A stretch of DNA of 64,000 nucleotides from Mobula hypostoma (lineage: Eukaryota). The stretch lies in the NCBI RefSeq assembly GCF_963921235.1, contig NC_086097.1, positions 152,584,001-152,648,000 on the forward strand, in the 5' to 3' direction. Below, piece by piece: positions 62,673 to 64,000 of the stretch (positions are counted from its first letter, which is position 1; each line of letters begins with the position of its first letter). Under the pieces are notes generated by a model, which saw nothing but the letters and a program-made list of their open reading frames with translations, was not told where the DNA came from and searched no databases. A program made the position numbers and the translations under genes.

Positions 62673-64000
62673 ACACTAATGTAAGATCAAGCACAGATTC
62701 TTTACCTGTATTAACGTCAATTCTAGTACTACTGCCATCATTTAGGCACACTAAATGCTCCTCATCTAGCAACTCCTCTATTACCTGACCATTGATGTCT
62801 GTTCTGTCACTCCCCCATGATACATTATGTCCATTAAAATCACCACACCAAACAACGTTACTACTATTCTGCCCTTCTATCTCCTCAAGCTTGTTTAACT
62901 CTAGTCTTTTGCATGGATTATAATAATTCACAATCACCAACGCTTTCCTTTCAGCCCATAGTTTTACTACCACATACTCTTGTTCACTTCCTACACCTAG
63001 TATTCTATAAGGAGTACCTTGCTTTACAGAAGTTGCACATCCTCCTCCTCCACCCTCTCTCCTGTCTCGCCTTACTGCCTCATAACCATATAAAACAAAA
63101 TCTAAATTAGGTTTTAACCAGGTCTCCTGGATACACACAACATCTGGCTTTTCTCTCCTACTAGCTATAAACTGCTTGAAATCTTGTCCATTAACAATCA
63201 GGTTTCTTGCATTCCATTGAAGAAGTAGCATTATTAGTAATATCAGCCCACACATACTGTCTCTTGACTTGACTGTACCCTGAGTTCATCGTTTACTTCT
63301 TCCCATTTTAATCCTATCATATCCAAATGGTGCTCTGCAGCTTTCACAATAATCTGAATCCTTTCAGTTTTAGATTTGATTTCGTAAGTTGTATTTACCA
63401 CTCCTGCTATAAAGGTCACCAATTTCTTCTTCTCTATCCATGCATTCTTCTTATCTTGCCTTTCTTTAGCTGCCGCTTGCTCTTTGCTACATCCTCCCTC
63501 ATTCATTTTCTTCTGTCCTGCCAACTTGACTGCCTCAGCATGAGACTTTTTCCTTCACCGTTATCTGCTGCACCTCCACCTCTTTTTTCAACACTTCACA
63601 TCCCCAGTACACTACACTATGGTTACCTCCACAATTACAGCACTTTGGTCTCACTCCCTCTCCACATTTTCCGTATTCATGTTCCCCACCACACCTTGCA
63701 CATCTTCTCTTTCCTTTGCACACTTTGGCCACATGCCCAAACTCCTGGCAATTGAAACACCTCATAGGTTTTGGTATATATTCTCTTACATTGTATCTTA
63801 GAAATCCAAAATATAACTCCGTTGGAGGCACCTTATCCTCAAATTCTACCAGAACTGTTTCAGTCTCCCTTTTCTCTGCTCCCCTTGTCATTCTTTTCAC
63901 ACTCTTCACTGAACTACTCCTCACCCTCAAGTTCTCCAATAGCTCCTTCATATTAACACTGAGGGGAACCCCGGATATCACCCCCTTGCAACCATTGACC

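Larger units (their letters stand above)
58858..64000 (-). mobile_element. Nimb/I-clade LINE, near full length, frameshifted: ORF1 (3 CCHC knuckles), ORF2 APE-RT-RNase H-CCHC
   Basis: CFNCQEFGHVAKVC, CARCGGEH...C, CCNCGGNH; LQWNARNL, CIQETWL, GDFN, SDH; ENYRPIALT, GMPQGSVVSP, LFADD; IFTDGSK, ICSDS, FMWVPAHSGI.GNE; CDLC..ETVEHILISC. (AAG)n tail. Confidence 0.92.

Noticed and set aside
62082..62684. Apparent 15-bp TSD CACACACTRATGTAA around the HDV-ribozyme element
   Set aside because: The host Nimb reading frame (DLTLVSNSITSVCDW) continues to 62110, so the match is mostly coincidental. The real duplication is at most ATACT/ACACT.

Overview
This is eukaryotic, repeat-dense genomic DNA, most likely from a cartilaginous fish (ray or shark). 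That assignment is inferred from the repeat repertoire: CR1, Rex1/Babar, Neptune-type Penelope elements and HE1/V-SINE-like SINEs. No host protein-coding gene can be supported; every recognisable ORF is a decayed transposable-element fragment. The window holds many nested insertions: CR1, Rex1, RTE, L1/Tx1 and a near-full-length Nimb/I-clade LINE with RNase H, Penelope-like elements (GIY-YIG), two Gypsy internal regions, two solo LTRs with 4-bp TSDs, Tc1 elements/MITEs and two Chapaev3-like DNA transposons. The most interesting signals are catalytic-RNA folds. (1) About a dozen minimal type I hammerhead ribozyme motifs lie in Penelope 3' tails, five with an intact core. Many sit in tiny fold-back inserts with 13-15 bp TSDs whose breakpoints cluster at the ribozyme's 5' edge. 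(2) An HDV-like ribozyme fold with an unusual hairpin inserted in L3 lies at the 5' end of a ~560 bp non-coding RTE-like element (62111-62672, minus strand). Family assignments come from motif recognition, not database searches. Boundaries of old elements are approximate.
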